A DNA stretch of 64,000 nt from an uncultured Methanoregulaceae archaeon (GTDB lineage: Archaea > Halobacteriota > Methanomicrobia > Methanomicrobiales > Methanospirillaceae), in assembly GCA_963705255.1 (NCBI GenBank), contig OY970061.1:2368001-2432000 (forward strand), given 5' to 3'. The position numbers and the translations under genes are program-made. The notes beneath the pieces are model-generated. The model had not been told where the DNA came from. It did no database searches and worked only from the letters and a program-made list of their open reading frames with translations. This document shows, in pieces, positions 21,185 to 31,584 of this stretch; the first letter of the stretch is position 1, and every line of letters starts with the position of its first letter.

Positions 21185-21215
21185 AATTTTGCCATATAAG
21201 CATTCCTATTTTTTA
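21185..21215 (-). promoter_or_regulatory. Putative mcr operon promoter (TATA box)
   Basis: Minus-strand CTTATATG with purine-rich BRE-like upstream, in AT-rich intergenic region. Confidence 0.5.
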
Positions 21216-21463
21216 CCGAAACCTTTTTTTATAATACATAAAAAATAATTATTAAACATGAAGCAATGTTCAAATATTGCATAAATGTTCCAGTTCGTTG
21301 TTTTACGCAGTATTACAATTTCAAAAAATAGTAGCATTAACTGTTATATTATATGTGAAAAAATCTGATTATTGTATGCGCTCTCTATAAAAAAGGTGGG
21401 GTCGGGGACATGGTTCCTGGTGTGCCGGTGCGGCATCCCGTTCCCCCGGTCATTTGCAGTGCG

Positions 21464-21922
21464 TTATTTCTTGAATTCTGTGATGGGGCTTGGTCCAAGC
21501 TCGTTGATGGTCTTGACCACATCCGTGATGACAGCGCCCCACTTTGCGCCTTCGGACGCGGAGACGAATGTCATCCTGAAGCGGCGGTCGTCGAGCCCTA
21601 TGCTCTTCATCAGCCGCTTCACCATGAACATGCGTTTTGCTGACTTGAAGTTGCCCTCAAGGTAGTGGCAGTCACCAAAGTGGCATCCTGATACGAGGAC
21701 ACCATCGGCACCGTCAGCGAATGCCTTGAGCACAAAGAGTGCGTCAATACGTCCCGTGCACATGACACGGATGATCCGGACATCGGGTGGGTACTGGATA
21801 CGGCCGCCGCCGGCAAGGTCAGCACCGGCATACGAACACCAGTTGCAGAGGATACCGATAATCTTTGGCTGCCAGATACCGGGCCCGCGTTTGGGGATCT
21901 CAAAATTTCCTGGTGCTGACAT
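21464..21922 (-). CDS. mvhD: Hydrogenase iron-sulfur subunit D
   Basis: CNWCSYAGADLAG, RVMCTGR, GCHFGDCHY, SASEG. Confidence 0.95.
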   Translation of the reverse strand: MSAPGNFEIPKRGPGIWQPKIIGILCNWCSYAGADLAGGGRIQYPPDVRIIRVMCTGRIDALFVLKAFADGADGVLVSGCHFGDCHYLEGNFKSAKRMFMVKRLMKSIGLDDRRFRMTFVSASEGAKWGAVITDVVKTINELGPSPITEFKK

Positions 21923-24073
21923 TTACTGCTCACCTCCGAGCAGGAATGCATCGATCTGCGCCACGATCTGCGGGGTTGCAAAGTGGTTCATCCAGATTGC
22001 ACCGCCGGGGCAGAAGCCCCCGCAGGTCCCGCAGCCTTTGCACTTGGCTTCGGTGACCTCCATGACCGTGCGCCCGTCCTTTTCGACGAGGGCAAGAGCG
22101 CTGTACGGACAGAGGTTCACGCACATGCCGCAGCCTGCACACTTTTCCTCAATGCAAGTGGCAAAGTACGGCTCAAGCTCGACTTCACCCTTGTGGATGG
22201 GGATGCTTGCTGCAGATGCTGCGCCCTCTGCGGATGCTACAGTGTCGGGGATATCCTTCGGTCCCTGGCAGACACCGGCAAGGAAGACTCCGGCAGTGGT
22301 TGTACCGCACGGGTTCAGCTTCGGATGGGCTTCCAGGAGCCAGCCGTCCATCGAGCAGGAGACACCGAAGAGCTTGCGGGTCCTGTTGGTGTCTTCCTTG
22401 GGCTGCACTGCTGCAGCGAGGACCACGAGATCGACTTCCATATCGACCGGGCGGTCGAGCAGGGTGTCATCTGCCATCACGTGAAGGTTCTTGGTGCTCT
22501 TGTCTTCAAGGATGTTTGCCACACGTCCGCGGATGAACTTCGCGCCCTCGTCCTGGATGCGGTAGTAGAACTCTTCGTACATCTTGCCGAATGAACGGAT
22601 ATCCATGTAGAAGATGTAGGGTGTGCACCCGGGTATCTTCTCGATGATCTGGTGGGCGTGTTTCAGCGAGTACATGCAGCAGAACCGTGAACAGTACGGT
22701 TTCCCGGTACCAGTGTTGTCACGGGAACCTGCGCAGAGCACGAACCCGACTCTCTTGGGCGTCTGGCCATCGCTCGGGCGGACAAGGTGGCCGCCGGTCG
22801 GACCGGATGCACAGATGAGGCGTTCGAATTCGAGGCTCGTGATGACGTTCTCGAATCTCTTGTATCCCCACTCCTCCTTCTTCTCGATCGGGAAGATATC
22901 AAAGCCGGTTGCAAGGATAGCGGTTCCGACTTTGACCTTGACGAACTCGTCTTTTGACTCGAGATCGATTGCCCTCTTCTCAGGTCCGCAGGCAGTGACG
23001 CACAGCCCGCACTTAATACATGAATTGAAGTCGATCGTAAAGATCAGCGGAACGACCTGCGGGTGGTTGATATAAATCGCTTTGCGGGGCTTCATGCCCA
23101 CTTCAAAGTTGTTCGGCTTTACCACCGGGCAGACCACGTCACAGTCACCACAGCCGTTACAGCCTCCACCGACAATGCCCCGTGCTTCGGCTTCTGTGGG
23201 GGTGAGGACACCACGGGCCTTCTTGCGGATGGTGACATCAAAGTTTCCGATGTAACCTTCGACAGAATCCACTTCTGACCAGGTCATCAGTTCGATGTTT
23301 TGGGCCCTGCCGACATCCACCATCTTTGGTGTTAAGATACACTGGGAACAGTCAAGGGTCGGGAACGTCTTGTCCAGCTGGGACATACGTCCGCCGATAC
23401 TGGTATCGGACTCAATGAGGTAGGTCTTGATGCCTGCACTTGCCAGATCGAGTGCTGCCTGCATACCGGCAACCCCGGCTCCGACAACCATCGCCGCTTT
23501 TTCAACCGGCACGGACTTCGGGAACAGGTCCTGCAGGAGCGATGCCTTTGCGACTGCAATCCTGATTGCATCCTTTGCCTTTTCCGTGGATCCTTCCTGG
23601 TCGTGCATGTGCACCCATGAGTTCTGTTCACGGATGTTTGCCATCTCGAACCGGAACGGGTTCAGTCCGCCTTCCTTGGTCGCAGTCCTGAACGTTGGCT
23701 CGTGGAGACGGGGAGAACATGCGGCGACAACGACACCGGTGAGTTTTTGTTCCTTGATTGCCTTGTTGATCACACCCTGCCCGGGCATCGAGCACATATA
23801 CTTGTAGTTGTCAACATAGGCTACATTCGGGATGGTTTTTGCATATTCCTGTACGGTAGGGATATCCATCGACCCGGCAATGTTGGTACCGCAGTGGCAG
23901 ATGAAGACACCGATACGTGCCTCCTGCTTGGTGGTGCTGCCTGCTGCAGCCGGTGCCGCTGCCTGGGGCTTTGCTGCCTGTTTCTTGACTTCCTGTTTTA
24001 CCGGGGCTTCCTTCTTTGCGTCCTGCTTCTTTGTCTCGGTCTTCTTGGTAGTTGTTTTCTTCTTTTCTGCCAT
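21923..24073 (-). CDS. hdrA: Heterodisulfide reductase subunit A
   Basis: CHCGTNIAG, ACSPRLHE, KTFPTLDCSQC, YCSRFCCMY, CQGPKDIP. Confidence 0.97.
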   Translation of the reverse strand: MAEKKKTTTKKTETKKQDAKKEAPVKQEVKKQAAKPQAAAPAAAGSTTKQEARIGVFICHCGTNIAGSMDIPTVQEYAKTIPNVAYVDNYKYMCSMPGQGVINKAIKEQKLTGVVVAACSPRLHEPTFRTATKEGGLNPFRFEMANIREQNSWVHMHDQEGSTEKAKDAIRIAVAKASLLQDLFPKSVPVEKAAMVVGAGVAGMQAALDLASAGIKTYLIESDTSIGGRMSQLDKTFPTLDCSQCILTPKMVDVGRAQNIELMTWSEVDSVEGYIGNFDVTIRKKARGVLTPTEAEARGIVGGGCNGCGDCDVVCPVVKPNNFEVGMKPRKAIYINHPQVVPLIFTIDFNSCIKCGLCVTACGPEKRAIDLESKDEFVKVKVGTAILATGFDIFPIEKKEEWGYKRFENVITSLEFERLICASGPTGGHLVRPSDGQTPKRVGFVLCAGSRDNTGTGKPYCSRFCCMYSLKHAHQIIEKIPGCTPYIFYMDIRSFGKMYEEFYYRIQDEGAKFIRGRVANILEDKSTKNLHVMADDTLLDRPVDMEVDLVVLAAAVQPKEDTNRTRKLFGVSCSMDGWLLEAHPKLNPCGTTTAGVFLAGVCQGPKDIPDTVASAEGAASAASIPIHKGEVELEPYFATCIEEKCAGCGMCVNLCPYSALALVEKDGRTVMEVTEAKCKGCGTCGGFCPGGAIWMNHFATPQIVAQIDAFLLGGEQ

Positions 24074-24083
24074 TCTTACCACC

Positions 24084-25007
24084 TCACAGGACCTTCTGCA
24101 GGAACGGTTCGCAGCTGATACCATGGAGGTCCAGCCCGAGGTCCTGCGGGCTCATTCCCTGTGCCAGTCCGAGGAGTTCGGCGAAGTGAAGTACGGGCAG
24201 TCCATAGGAAACGCCGAACTTCTCCTGGATCTCGATCTGGCCGCGGTCGAACTGAAGCTGACAGAACGGGCAGATGTCCGTGAGTGCGTCCACCTTCTCT
24301 TCTTTCAGGTTGATCAGCTTCTCGTTGGTGATGTCCAGTGAGTGGACGATATCGTACCCGCGGACACCGCCACCGGCACCACAGCACTGCATCTTGTTGC
24401 GGTATTCCACCGGGGTTGCGCCCAGTGCGGCAACAAGCTCTTCCATCCAAGTCGGGTGCTCGGTGTTCAGCATGACTTCTTTCTCAAACTCACGGTCCTT
24501 GTGGGGCTTGACCAGGTGGCAGCCGTAGTGGACTGCGATGCGGGCACCTGTCAGGGGGTTTGTGACGCTGTCCCGGACCTTGTCGACGCCGATAAACTTG
24601 TCGTTGTAGAGGAGTTCTGCCGTGTGGTACACGTTGATAGTACCTTTGTACTCCATGTCTACTTCCTTGAGGACTTCATTGACGGCATCGCGGAGATCCT
24701 TGTTGTGCTTGAGCTTGTGGTTGACTTCCCAGATCGACTTGTAACAGCCGTTGCAGACAAGGGCGATATCCATCTTCATCTGCTCGGCGAGCACGAGGTT
24801 CCGGGCTGCCATTGCATAGAAGACACTGAGGTCGATCGAGCCAAATGCACCCGGGGCCGGGCAGCAGCTTGCGCCCTTCAGGGGGACGAGCTCAACGCCA
24901 AGCTTTTTCATCGCTTTTATGGAGGCGGATTCGACACCGGGGTAGCGGTTCGGGGCAATACATCCGAGATAGAATGCAAACTTATGGTTTGCGCTTGTTT
25001 CTGACAT
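24084..25007 (-). CDS. hdrB: Heterodisulfide reductase subunit B
   Basis: CCPAPG, CNGC, HYGCH, CCGAGGG, CPFC. Confidence 0.97.
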   Translation of the reverse strand: MSETSANHKFAFYLGCIAPNRYPGVESASIKAMKKLGVELVPLKGASCCPAPGAFGSIDLSVFYAMAARNLVLAEQMKMDIALVCNGCYKSIWEVNHKLKHNKDLRDAVNEVLKEVDMEYKGTINVYHTAELLYNDKFIGVDKVRDSVTNPLTGARIAVHYGCHLVKPHKDREFEKEVMLNTEHPTWMEELVAALGATPVEYRNKMQCCGAGGGVRGYDIVHSLDITNEKLINLKEEKVDALTDICPFCQLQFDRGQIEIQEKFGVSYGLPVLHFAELLGLAQGMSPQDLGLDLHGISCEPFLQKVL

Positions 25008-25013
25008 GGTATC

Positions 25014-25595
25014 TTACCCCTCCCTCTCCTTGACGATCCGGTCTGCATTCGCCTTGAGCTTGTAGTGGTCAAGGATCTTCCTGATGCCGGGGATATATTC
25101 CGGATACATGTGGGTGGTTGGCGGGTCGCGGGTGAGGCCGAGCCGCTCGCGGGCTGCACGGTTGACATCGTTGTTCGGGACACCGTGACCTGATGAGTAG
25201 ATCGCCTGCACGGTCTTGAGGAAGTTGACGGGGACGATGTCCCTCTTGAATGCGAGATTCCTCATCGCCATGATGACATCGGTAGGCAGGATGTCACGCG
25301 GGCAGCGGTCCGAGCAGCTGTAGCAGGTTGTACAGAGCCAGAGATCGGGATCTGTCAGGGACTCGTTCTCGAGCCCGAGAACAGCTCTCCTCATGAACTT
25401 GCGGATGCGGTACGTGCTGCGGGGGGCCGACGGGCATGAACCTGTGCATGTTCCGCACTGGTAGCACATGTGGGCGATGGTACGCGAGATCCCCTTCACT
25501 TTCGTGGTGAATTCGGGGTTTGAATCCTCGCGGTAGTATCTCTGATCGTGGAGTTTTTTCTCCAACGCTTCGGGGTAACCTTTTGTTCTTGCCAT
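25014..25595 (-). CDS. hdrC: Heterodisulfide reductase subunit C
   Basis: CYQCGTCTGSCPS, WLCTTCYSCSDRCPR. Confidence 0.97.
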   Translation of the reverse strand: MARTKGYPEALEKKLHDQRYYREDSNPEFTTKVKGISRTIAHMCYQCGTCTGSCPSAPRSTYRIRKFMRRAVLGLENESLTDPDLWLCTTCYSCSDRCPRDILPTDVIMAMRNLAFKRDIVPVNFLKTVQAIYSSGHGVPNNDVNRAARERLGLTRDPPTTHMYPEYIPGIRKILDHYKLKANADRIVKEREG

Positions 25596-25602
25596 AGTCC
25601 GC

Positions 25603-26775
25603 TCACGCCTTCTCCATAACTTTGAGGTTGACCTGCCCGGTAATCTCCTCTTTCACTTTCGAGGTTCTCCTGGTGCAGAGTTTCTCCTTGATCCGCTTGA
25701 ACAGGTCCGTCTCCGTTCCCTTCATGCGGATACCAGTCCTCTGCAGGACGATGATGTCCTCACCGGGACATGCATTGACGCAGGCGCCGCAAAGGATACA
25801 GTAATCCTTGTTGACGGCAATGGTTGCCTCAATCTCGTGCTTCATCTCTGCTGCAGGTTTTGCTGACGGCAGATAGATTGCATTTGCCGGGCAGATCTCG
25901 ACACAGGTCGAGCAGCCGCCGGGGCATTTGTCGGCATGGAATTCGATATCGCCTTCAAAAAGCTTCTCAACCGTGATCGCTTCAGTCGGGCAGTTCCGGG
26001 AACACCATGTGCAGGTGCAGCAGTTGTCCTGGATAATGTCGACTTTGCCGTCGACCTTGTCGGAAACGACTTCACGCTCGACGGTGATGCACTCTTCAGG
26101 GCATGCCTCTACGCATACCTTGCAGGCATCACACTTGGTCTCGTCCCAGATCACGTCACCCTCCACTTTTCCGGTCTCCGCGGTGAACCCCTTGTGTTTC
26201 ACCACGAGTGCCGGGCAGAGTGCACCACACAGGCCGCAGAGAGAACATTTCTCCTTGTCTACGGTAAACGTTATCTTCGTCTTGATAGCGGTCTGCCGGT
26301 CCTTGGCGCCTGCCACGGGTCCCTTGTAGGTCCCTTCAAATGCCGGGACGTTGCGGTCGATGGCGTCGCGCGGGCATACCTCTTCACAGATCGTACACCT
26401 GACGCATTTCCCGTCATCGATCTCCGCTTTCATATCATACTTCGGGAACCCTTCCTTCTCGATAATCGGGAGTCTCTCTTGTCCGTCTACCTTCAATGTC
26501 AGTGCATTGAACGGGCACATGATGACGCAGACGCCACAGTAGGAACACTTGGTCTCGTCCACGTCCACTGGAGCAGCGTAGTTGATAGCGCCACGCCTTG
26601 TCGCCCCGACAAGCCCGAGGACAATTGCATCCTCAGGACAAGCCTCGACACATATGCCGCATCCCGTGCAGGTCTCTGCATTGAGTATCAGGTTATTGAC
26701 GTTCTGAAGGAGTTTCTGCTCCATCACAACGTTAACACCATCCTTCTTCTTGGAAAATTTTGGATACAATGCCAT
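25603..26775 (-). CDS. fwdF: Polyferredoxin, formylmethanofuran dehydrogenase subunit F
   Basis: Eight CxxCxxCxxxCP-type motifs; upstream of hdrC. Confidence 0.85.
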   Translation of the reverse strand: MALYPKFSKKKDGVNVVMEQKLLQNVNNLILNAETCTGCGICVEACPEDAIVLGLVGATRRGAINYAAPVDVDETKCSYCGVCVIMCPFNALTLKVDGQERLPIIEKEGFPKYDMKAEIDDGKCVRCTICEEVCPRDAIDRNVPAFEGTYKGPVAGAKDRQTAIKTKITFTVDKEKCSLCGLCGALCPALVVKHKGFTAETGKVEGDVIWDETKCDACKVCVEACPEECITVEREVVSDKVDGKVDIIQDNCCTCTWCSRNCPTEAITVEKLFEGDIEFHADKCPGGCSTCVEICPANAIYLPSAKPAAEMKHEIEATIAVNKDYCILCGACVNACPGEDIIVLQRTGIRMKGTETDLFKRIKEKLCTRRTSKVKEEITGQVNLKVMEKA

Positions 26776-26798
26776 GAATTAACCCTCACGCTGTTTTC

Positions 26799-27065
26799 TT
26801 ATTGCACGCTTGCCGCTGTTCTTGATTCCCGGGGGCCTGCAAATCTGATAAGGCCGTACGGGTTTGCCTGAATACCTACGCCGCATCCGGCAGAGAGTTT
26901 ACCTATTAAATCAAGAATCACGGATCTTCCATCCCTGACTACGTAGATCTTTTCTTCTGATGCAGTATCTACTGTATGAAGCGTTACCGCATCAACAGGA
27001 CATGCAATCACACAATTATTACAGCCGGTACACCTTTTCATGTGTATGTGCACTGCAAATGCCAT
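26799..27065 (-). CDS. FwdG-like ferredoxin with degenerate second cluster motif
   Basis: CTGCNNCVIACP intact; second motif reads SAGCGVGIQANP. Confidence 0.65.
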   Translation of the reverse strand: MAFAVHIHMKRCTGCNNCVIACPVDAVTLHTVDTASEEKIYVVRDGRSVILDLIGKLSAGCGVGIQANPYGLIRFAGPRESRTAASVQ

Positions 27066-27375
27066 TCGATTTTCACGCACCAGCTATGATCGATTCTAAA
27101 AATCGACTAACAAAAAGTGGTAGAAGAATGTAGATAAATGTTCTGAAATTGCGTGTGAGAAAACGGATGTTTTATACGGGTTTTCATTATTTTAGTTTAT
27201 ATACTCTTCAGGGATGTTAATGTATAAATCCAGATGGTTAACAAGTTATCTTATACTTTTCCCCGTCTTTTTTTATTTTTTCTCGTGCGCTCCCGAATTA
27301 CAGGTTCTCGTCAAAATCAAATTAGAAAATTTATTCAGTCACCATCATGGTACCTTTTAGTACCGGAGGTTATTT

Positions 27376-28260
27376 ATGGAAATCAACGGCGTTACGATCG
27401 ATAATACCTACGCAGAGGCATTCCCGACATGGGTCTGCCGGATTATCATCACTGCGGTCACCAAGGAATGGGCAAAGAAAGCAGCAACGGAAGCAACCGG
27501 TTTTGCAACATCCGCGATCGGTTGTCCCTGCGAGGCAGGCATAGAGGGATATGTCCCGGCAAGCGGGACTCCGGATGGAAGACCCGGTGTAGCCATCCTG
27601 ATCTGTGCCAGCAAGAAGAAGCTCAAGGAGCAGGTTGTCGAGCGCCTCGCAGAATGCGTCCTTACGGCACCGACAACTGCTGTTTTCAATGGCATCACCA
27701 CAGCGGAAGAAAAGATCCCGGTCAAGCTCCACTTCTTTGGTGATGGCTACGAGTACCAGAAGGAAGTTGGCGGCCGCAAGTGCTGGGTCATCCCGATCAT
27801 GAACGGCGAATATGTTGGTGAAGAGGAGTTCGGTATCGTTAAGGGGGTAGCTGGCGGCAACTTCTTTGTGATGGGAGAAAACCAGATGGCGGCCCTTATG
27901 GGTGCCGAGGCAGTTGTTGAGGCTATCGATCTGGTCCCGGGAACAATCACCAGTTTCCCCGGCGGCATTGTCGCGAGCGGCTCGAAAGTCGGCAGCCTGA
28001 AGTACAAGTTCATGCCAGCCTCAACCAATGAGAAGTACTGCCCGACACTCCGCGAGAAAGTGCCGGACTCCAAGATCCCTGCAGGCGTCAAGGCCGTCTA
28101 CGAGATCGTGATCGATGGTATTGACGAAAAGTCGGTCGCGGAAGCGATGGCGGCAGGTGTGAAAGCTGCGGTTATGGTTCCCGGTGTGAAGTTTATCTCT
28201 GCCGGTAACTTTGGTGGCACGCTTGGGCCGTACAAGATCGAGCTTCACAAGGTTCTGTAA
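27376..28260 (+). CDS. ftr: Formylmethanofuran:H4MPT formyltransferase
   Basis: [30 protein letters not shown]. Confidence 0.97.
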   Translation: MEINGVTIDNTYAEAFPTWVCRIIITAVTKEWAKKAATEATGFATSAIGCPCEAGIEGYVPASGTPDGRPGVAILICASKKKLKEQVVERLAECVLTAPTTAVFNGITTAEEKIPVKLHFFGDGYEYQKEVGGRKCWVIPIMNGEYVGEEEFGIVKGVAGGNFFVMGENQMAALMGAEAVVEAIDLVPGTITSFPGGIVASGSKVGSLKYKFMPASTNEKYCPTLREKVPDSKIPAGVKAVYEIVIDGIDEKSVAEAMAAGVKAAVMVPGVKFISAGNFGGTLGPYKIELHKVL

Positions 28261-28468
28261 AAATTTCCCTTTTTATTTCCGTGGGTACATCGATTCATAT
28301 ATATAATGTCATTACCGATTATTTTGTTAACGAAAATTTCGGCGACAATATGATCTCAATCAGATCGGATGATGCAAAGAAGCGGTTCGGGCTGCTCTTC
28401 TCACAGATTCCTGGTGAAAATCGACTGGAGGAGTGGCAGGGCGGAAATAATCGAGGCGGCGGGACTCT

Positions 28469-29366
28469 ATGGTGAACATCTCGGAACCTTACATCATCCA
28501 GTACCCGAAGATCGTCGCAGTGGCCGATGAGACCGGAGAGCGGGTGGAGCTCATCGAGTTTTTCGAATGTATTGGCGGGGCTATGTGGACCCAGCACCAT
28601 TACGCGAAGAGCCAGATTGTGGATGACGTCCGGTGCGTGGGTTCAACAACCCGGTACCTGATCACCCCGGGATCAGTCGATCTCGCACTGGAAGGCTCCC
28701 GGTTCCCCGCGGGCATTTCCGGGGTTGTCGTGGATGATACCGAGATTGCGATCACCTATATTGGCATGGGGGGAGGGGGCGTTGGCGCCGCAGCCTGCAG
28801 GTCGGATGCTGTCGGTGTCCTGCGGAGCAGGAGTGATCCGGCCGGTGGGGGGAAAGTGGCCGGTGCCACCCTCTGGATCCCCCGCAGGCAGCGGGTGCTG
28901 ATCGGGGTCGATGATACCGACACCCCGGAAGAGGGTGCGACATGGACCCTCGTCCATAACATTGCAAAAGCCGTGGAAGACGAACAGTCTGTCTATCTCT
29001 CCCATACGATCGTCCAGCTCTTCCCGGTACCTGTACCGCACCAAGAACTGCGTGAGCCTGGTTGCGGAATTTGCATCAACGGATCCTGATGGTCTTATAG
29101 ACCGGTTTCATAGCCTTCTTAAGCGGTACACCCTTTCGCAAAAAACCGGGATGGCGGCTTATACCGGATTTTCCCTGTCCGAAGAACTGCTTGCATTCGG
29201 GAGGAAAGTCAAGCGTGGGGAAGTAGAGCCCGGACTCCTGGAAAATCTCGGGGACGATAACCTCCGAATCATCATGAAGGGGCGGGGGATCATAGGGGCA
29301 GTCGCGGCCATTCCCTTCTCCACCAACTATAAAGAGGCACTCGAATTATGCAATGGAAGGATGTAA
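28469..29366 (+). CDS. Methanogenesis marker 11-like protein with TiaS-type GxDDTD domain (frameshift near 29035)
   Basis: GMGGGGVGA, IGVDDTDTPEEGATW, HTIVQLFP, GRGIIGAVAA. Confidence 0.65.
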
Positions 29367-30316
29367 AAGCCCGGCTCCTTGCCGCAGGATCAGCCCGGCT
29401 CACCGGAGAACCTGCGGACACGTTTATTGCACGCTCCGCTGCAGGACCGGGCGCCGGCGGAAAGGGATCGGTTTTCTTTGCGATGGGCGGCCACCGGGTA
29501 AAATTCGTCCTCAACCCCACAAGCGGCATTGAGATCGCCCACCGGGGCAATGGCGTGGCTGACCTGTATTTCGAGGGACAGATTTTCCCCGGCCGCCTCC
29601 TCGAGCCCGGGTTCCACTGCCCTGACCAGGCCTTCATCACGGTGACGGGCAGCTGCATATTCAGGTGCCGGTACTGTAATGTGCCGGGAATCGGGGGCAG
29701 GCGCAAGACGATCGAAGAGATAATGGACATGGTTGAATCGGTGAGGCACCGCATCCATGCGATCTCCATAACAAGTGGAGTCCTTTCAAGCATCGGGGAA
29801 GAGGAAGCCTATGTTCTCGAAGTCGTAAAACACCTCACGTTCTTCGGGCTCCCCATCGGTGTTTCCATCTATCCGACCGAAAAGACGCCCGATCACCTGC
29901 ACGAACTCGGAGTTGCGGAAGTGAAGTTCAACCTTGAGGCGGCAACACCGGATCTCTTTGAACGGATGTGCCCCGGGCTAGACTACGACCGGCTCTGGCG
30001 CGTGCTGGATCGCTCCGTTGAACTCTTTGGCAGGGGACGGGTTTTTTCCAATGTTATCATCGGACTTGGCGAGACTGATGAAGATTTGGAGGCCTGCATC
30101 CGTACACTGACCGGCCACGGCGTGATCCCGGTGCTGCGCCCGCTCAACCCGGTCGCGGAATTCAGCGGAACACCCCGCCCGTCCGCCGAGCGACTGAAGA
30201 AAGCCTTTACGATACACAGCAGGGCTCTCTCTGATGCCGGCCTCGATACACGCCAAGCGCTCACGATGTGCACGAACTGTGCAGGCTGTGACTTGGTTCC
30301 CGGGAGGGATGAATGA
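29348..30316 (+). CDS. Radical SAM protein (BioB-like, uncharacterised)
   Basis: CIFRCRYC; extra HCP and C-terminal CTNCAGC. Confidence 0.8.
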   Translation: MQWKDVKARLLAAGSARLTGEPADTFIARSAAGPGAGGKGSVFFAMGGHRVKFVLNPTSGIEIAHRGNGVADLYFEGQIFPGRLLEPGFHCPDQAFITVTGSCIFRCRYCNVPGIGGRRKTIEEIMDMVESVRHRIHAISITSGVLSSIGEEEAYVLEVVKHLTFFGLPIGVSIYPTEKTPDHLHELGVAEVKFNLEAATPDLFERMCPGLDYDRLWRVLDRSVELFGRGRVFSNVIIGLGETDEDLEACIRTLTGHGVIPVLRPLNPVAEFSGTPRPSAERLKKAFTIHSRALSDAGLDTRQALTMCTNCAGCDLVPGRDE

Positions 30317-31584
30317 AAGGAGTTACCGGTCTGGCCGATGCCCTTCTCCGATATACCGACCGCCGGTATACTGTCCCGGGGTTCCCGATCACCAACCTTG
30401 GTGATCTGACAAAGGCTGAGATGGTGATCAACGAGAAGACGGCACTTGAGTATGCCCTCGGGGACTCCCTTTCCAGACGACGTGCCGCGGTGATCATCAA
30501 GAATGTCGGGGTGAATGCCTGTGCAGACCCACTCCTCCAAGCGACGGCACAGGGCCTCATCGGCGGGGTCGTTCTCGTGGCAGGCGATGACCCTGACTCC
30601 ATCGGGTCCCAGACCGCCCAAGACTCGCGATACTACGGTGAACTGGCGGAACTCCCGGTGATCGAGCCGGATGAAAACACCTGTTATGCGGCCGTGGAGT
30701 CCTCGCTTGAGGCTTCGGAAAAATTCTCCCGCGTAGCAATCCTCCGCCTGACCCCTCAGATACTTGACGCTGAGATCGCTTCGCATATCGTCCCCCGTCG
30801 GGACCGGAAGGGCAGGCTTTCAGAGCGCACCTGGACCATGAACGGGCGGATCACGGCGGCAGAACAGCTCTACCGGGAGATGTTTGCCTGGTCGGACAAG
30901 TCACCCCTGAACACCTGGAACGGGGAACCGGCAAGTGCCGGTGCCGCACCGGGCAACACCCGGATCGTGACGGTTCATCCCCTGCCGGGACGGGCAGGAG
31001 AGATCCGGGACATTCGCGAGTTCGGCCGTACCTTTGTCCGCGACCACCGCGGTCTCCGGCCCCCCGTTCCAAAGGAACGCCCGGAGGTCATGGAGGACCG
31101 GGGGTATTACCGCACATTCTGTGCAGACTGCCCGTTCAGGCTGGTGCTGGACATCCTCAGGGAGCGGGGGTTGAAGCTTATCTGTGATGCCGGGTGTTCA
31201 GTCTTCGGCATGACGCCGCCGTACGAACTGGGGGTGGCAAGTTACGGAATGGGTGCGAGCATCGCCGTTGCAGCCCAGAGCACCGGGGTTGCCCTTATCG
31301 GGGATTATGCGCTGCTCCATTCTGGCCTGAATGCCTTGATCGATGTCTACGAAAAACGCCGGGCTCTCCTGTGCGTAGTGATGAAGAACAACTGCACGGC
31401 AATGACCGGCGGACAGCCGGCATATGACCCCGTCCCCTACCTTTCGTGGGCGGACCCGGTCATCTGCCGCGCCGAAGACGAACGGGTGCTGGAAGAGGAA
31501 CTCGTGGCCGGGGACGGGCCGCGGACAGTTGTCGTTGAAGGGGAATGTCCGGAGGGAAGCCACCATGAAACCGTGGAATGTTGA
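30313..31584 (+). CDS. TPP-dependent enzyme, IorA-like
   Basis: INEKTALEYALG, KNVGVN, FCADCP, GDYALLHSG, NNCTAMTGGQ. Confidence 0.8.
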   Translation: MKGVTGLADALLRYTDRRYTVPGFPITNLGDLTKAEMVINEKTALEYALGDSLSRRRAAVIIKNVGVNACADPLLQATAQGLIGGVVLVAGDDPDSIGSQTAQDSRYYGELAELPVIEPDENTCYAAVESSLEASEKFSRVAILRLTPQILDAEIASHIVPRRDRKGRLSERTWTMNGRITAAEQLYREMFAWSDKSPLNTWNGEPASAGAAPGNTRIVTVHPLPGRAGEIRDIREFGRTFVRDHRGLRPPVPKERPEVMEDRGYYRTFCADCPFRLVLDILRERGLKLICDAGCSVFGMTPPYELGVASYGMGASIAVAAQSTGVALIGDYALLHSGLNALIDVYEKRRALLCVVMKNNCTAMTGGQPAYDPVPYLSWADPVICRAEDERVLEEELVAGDGPRTVVVEGECPEGSHHETVEC

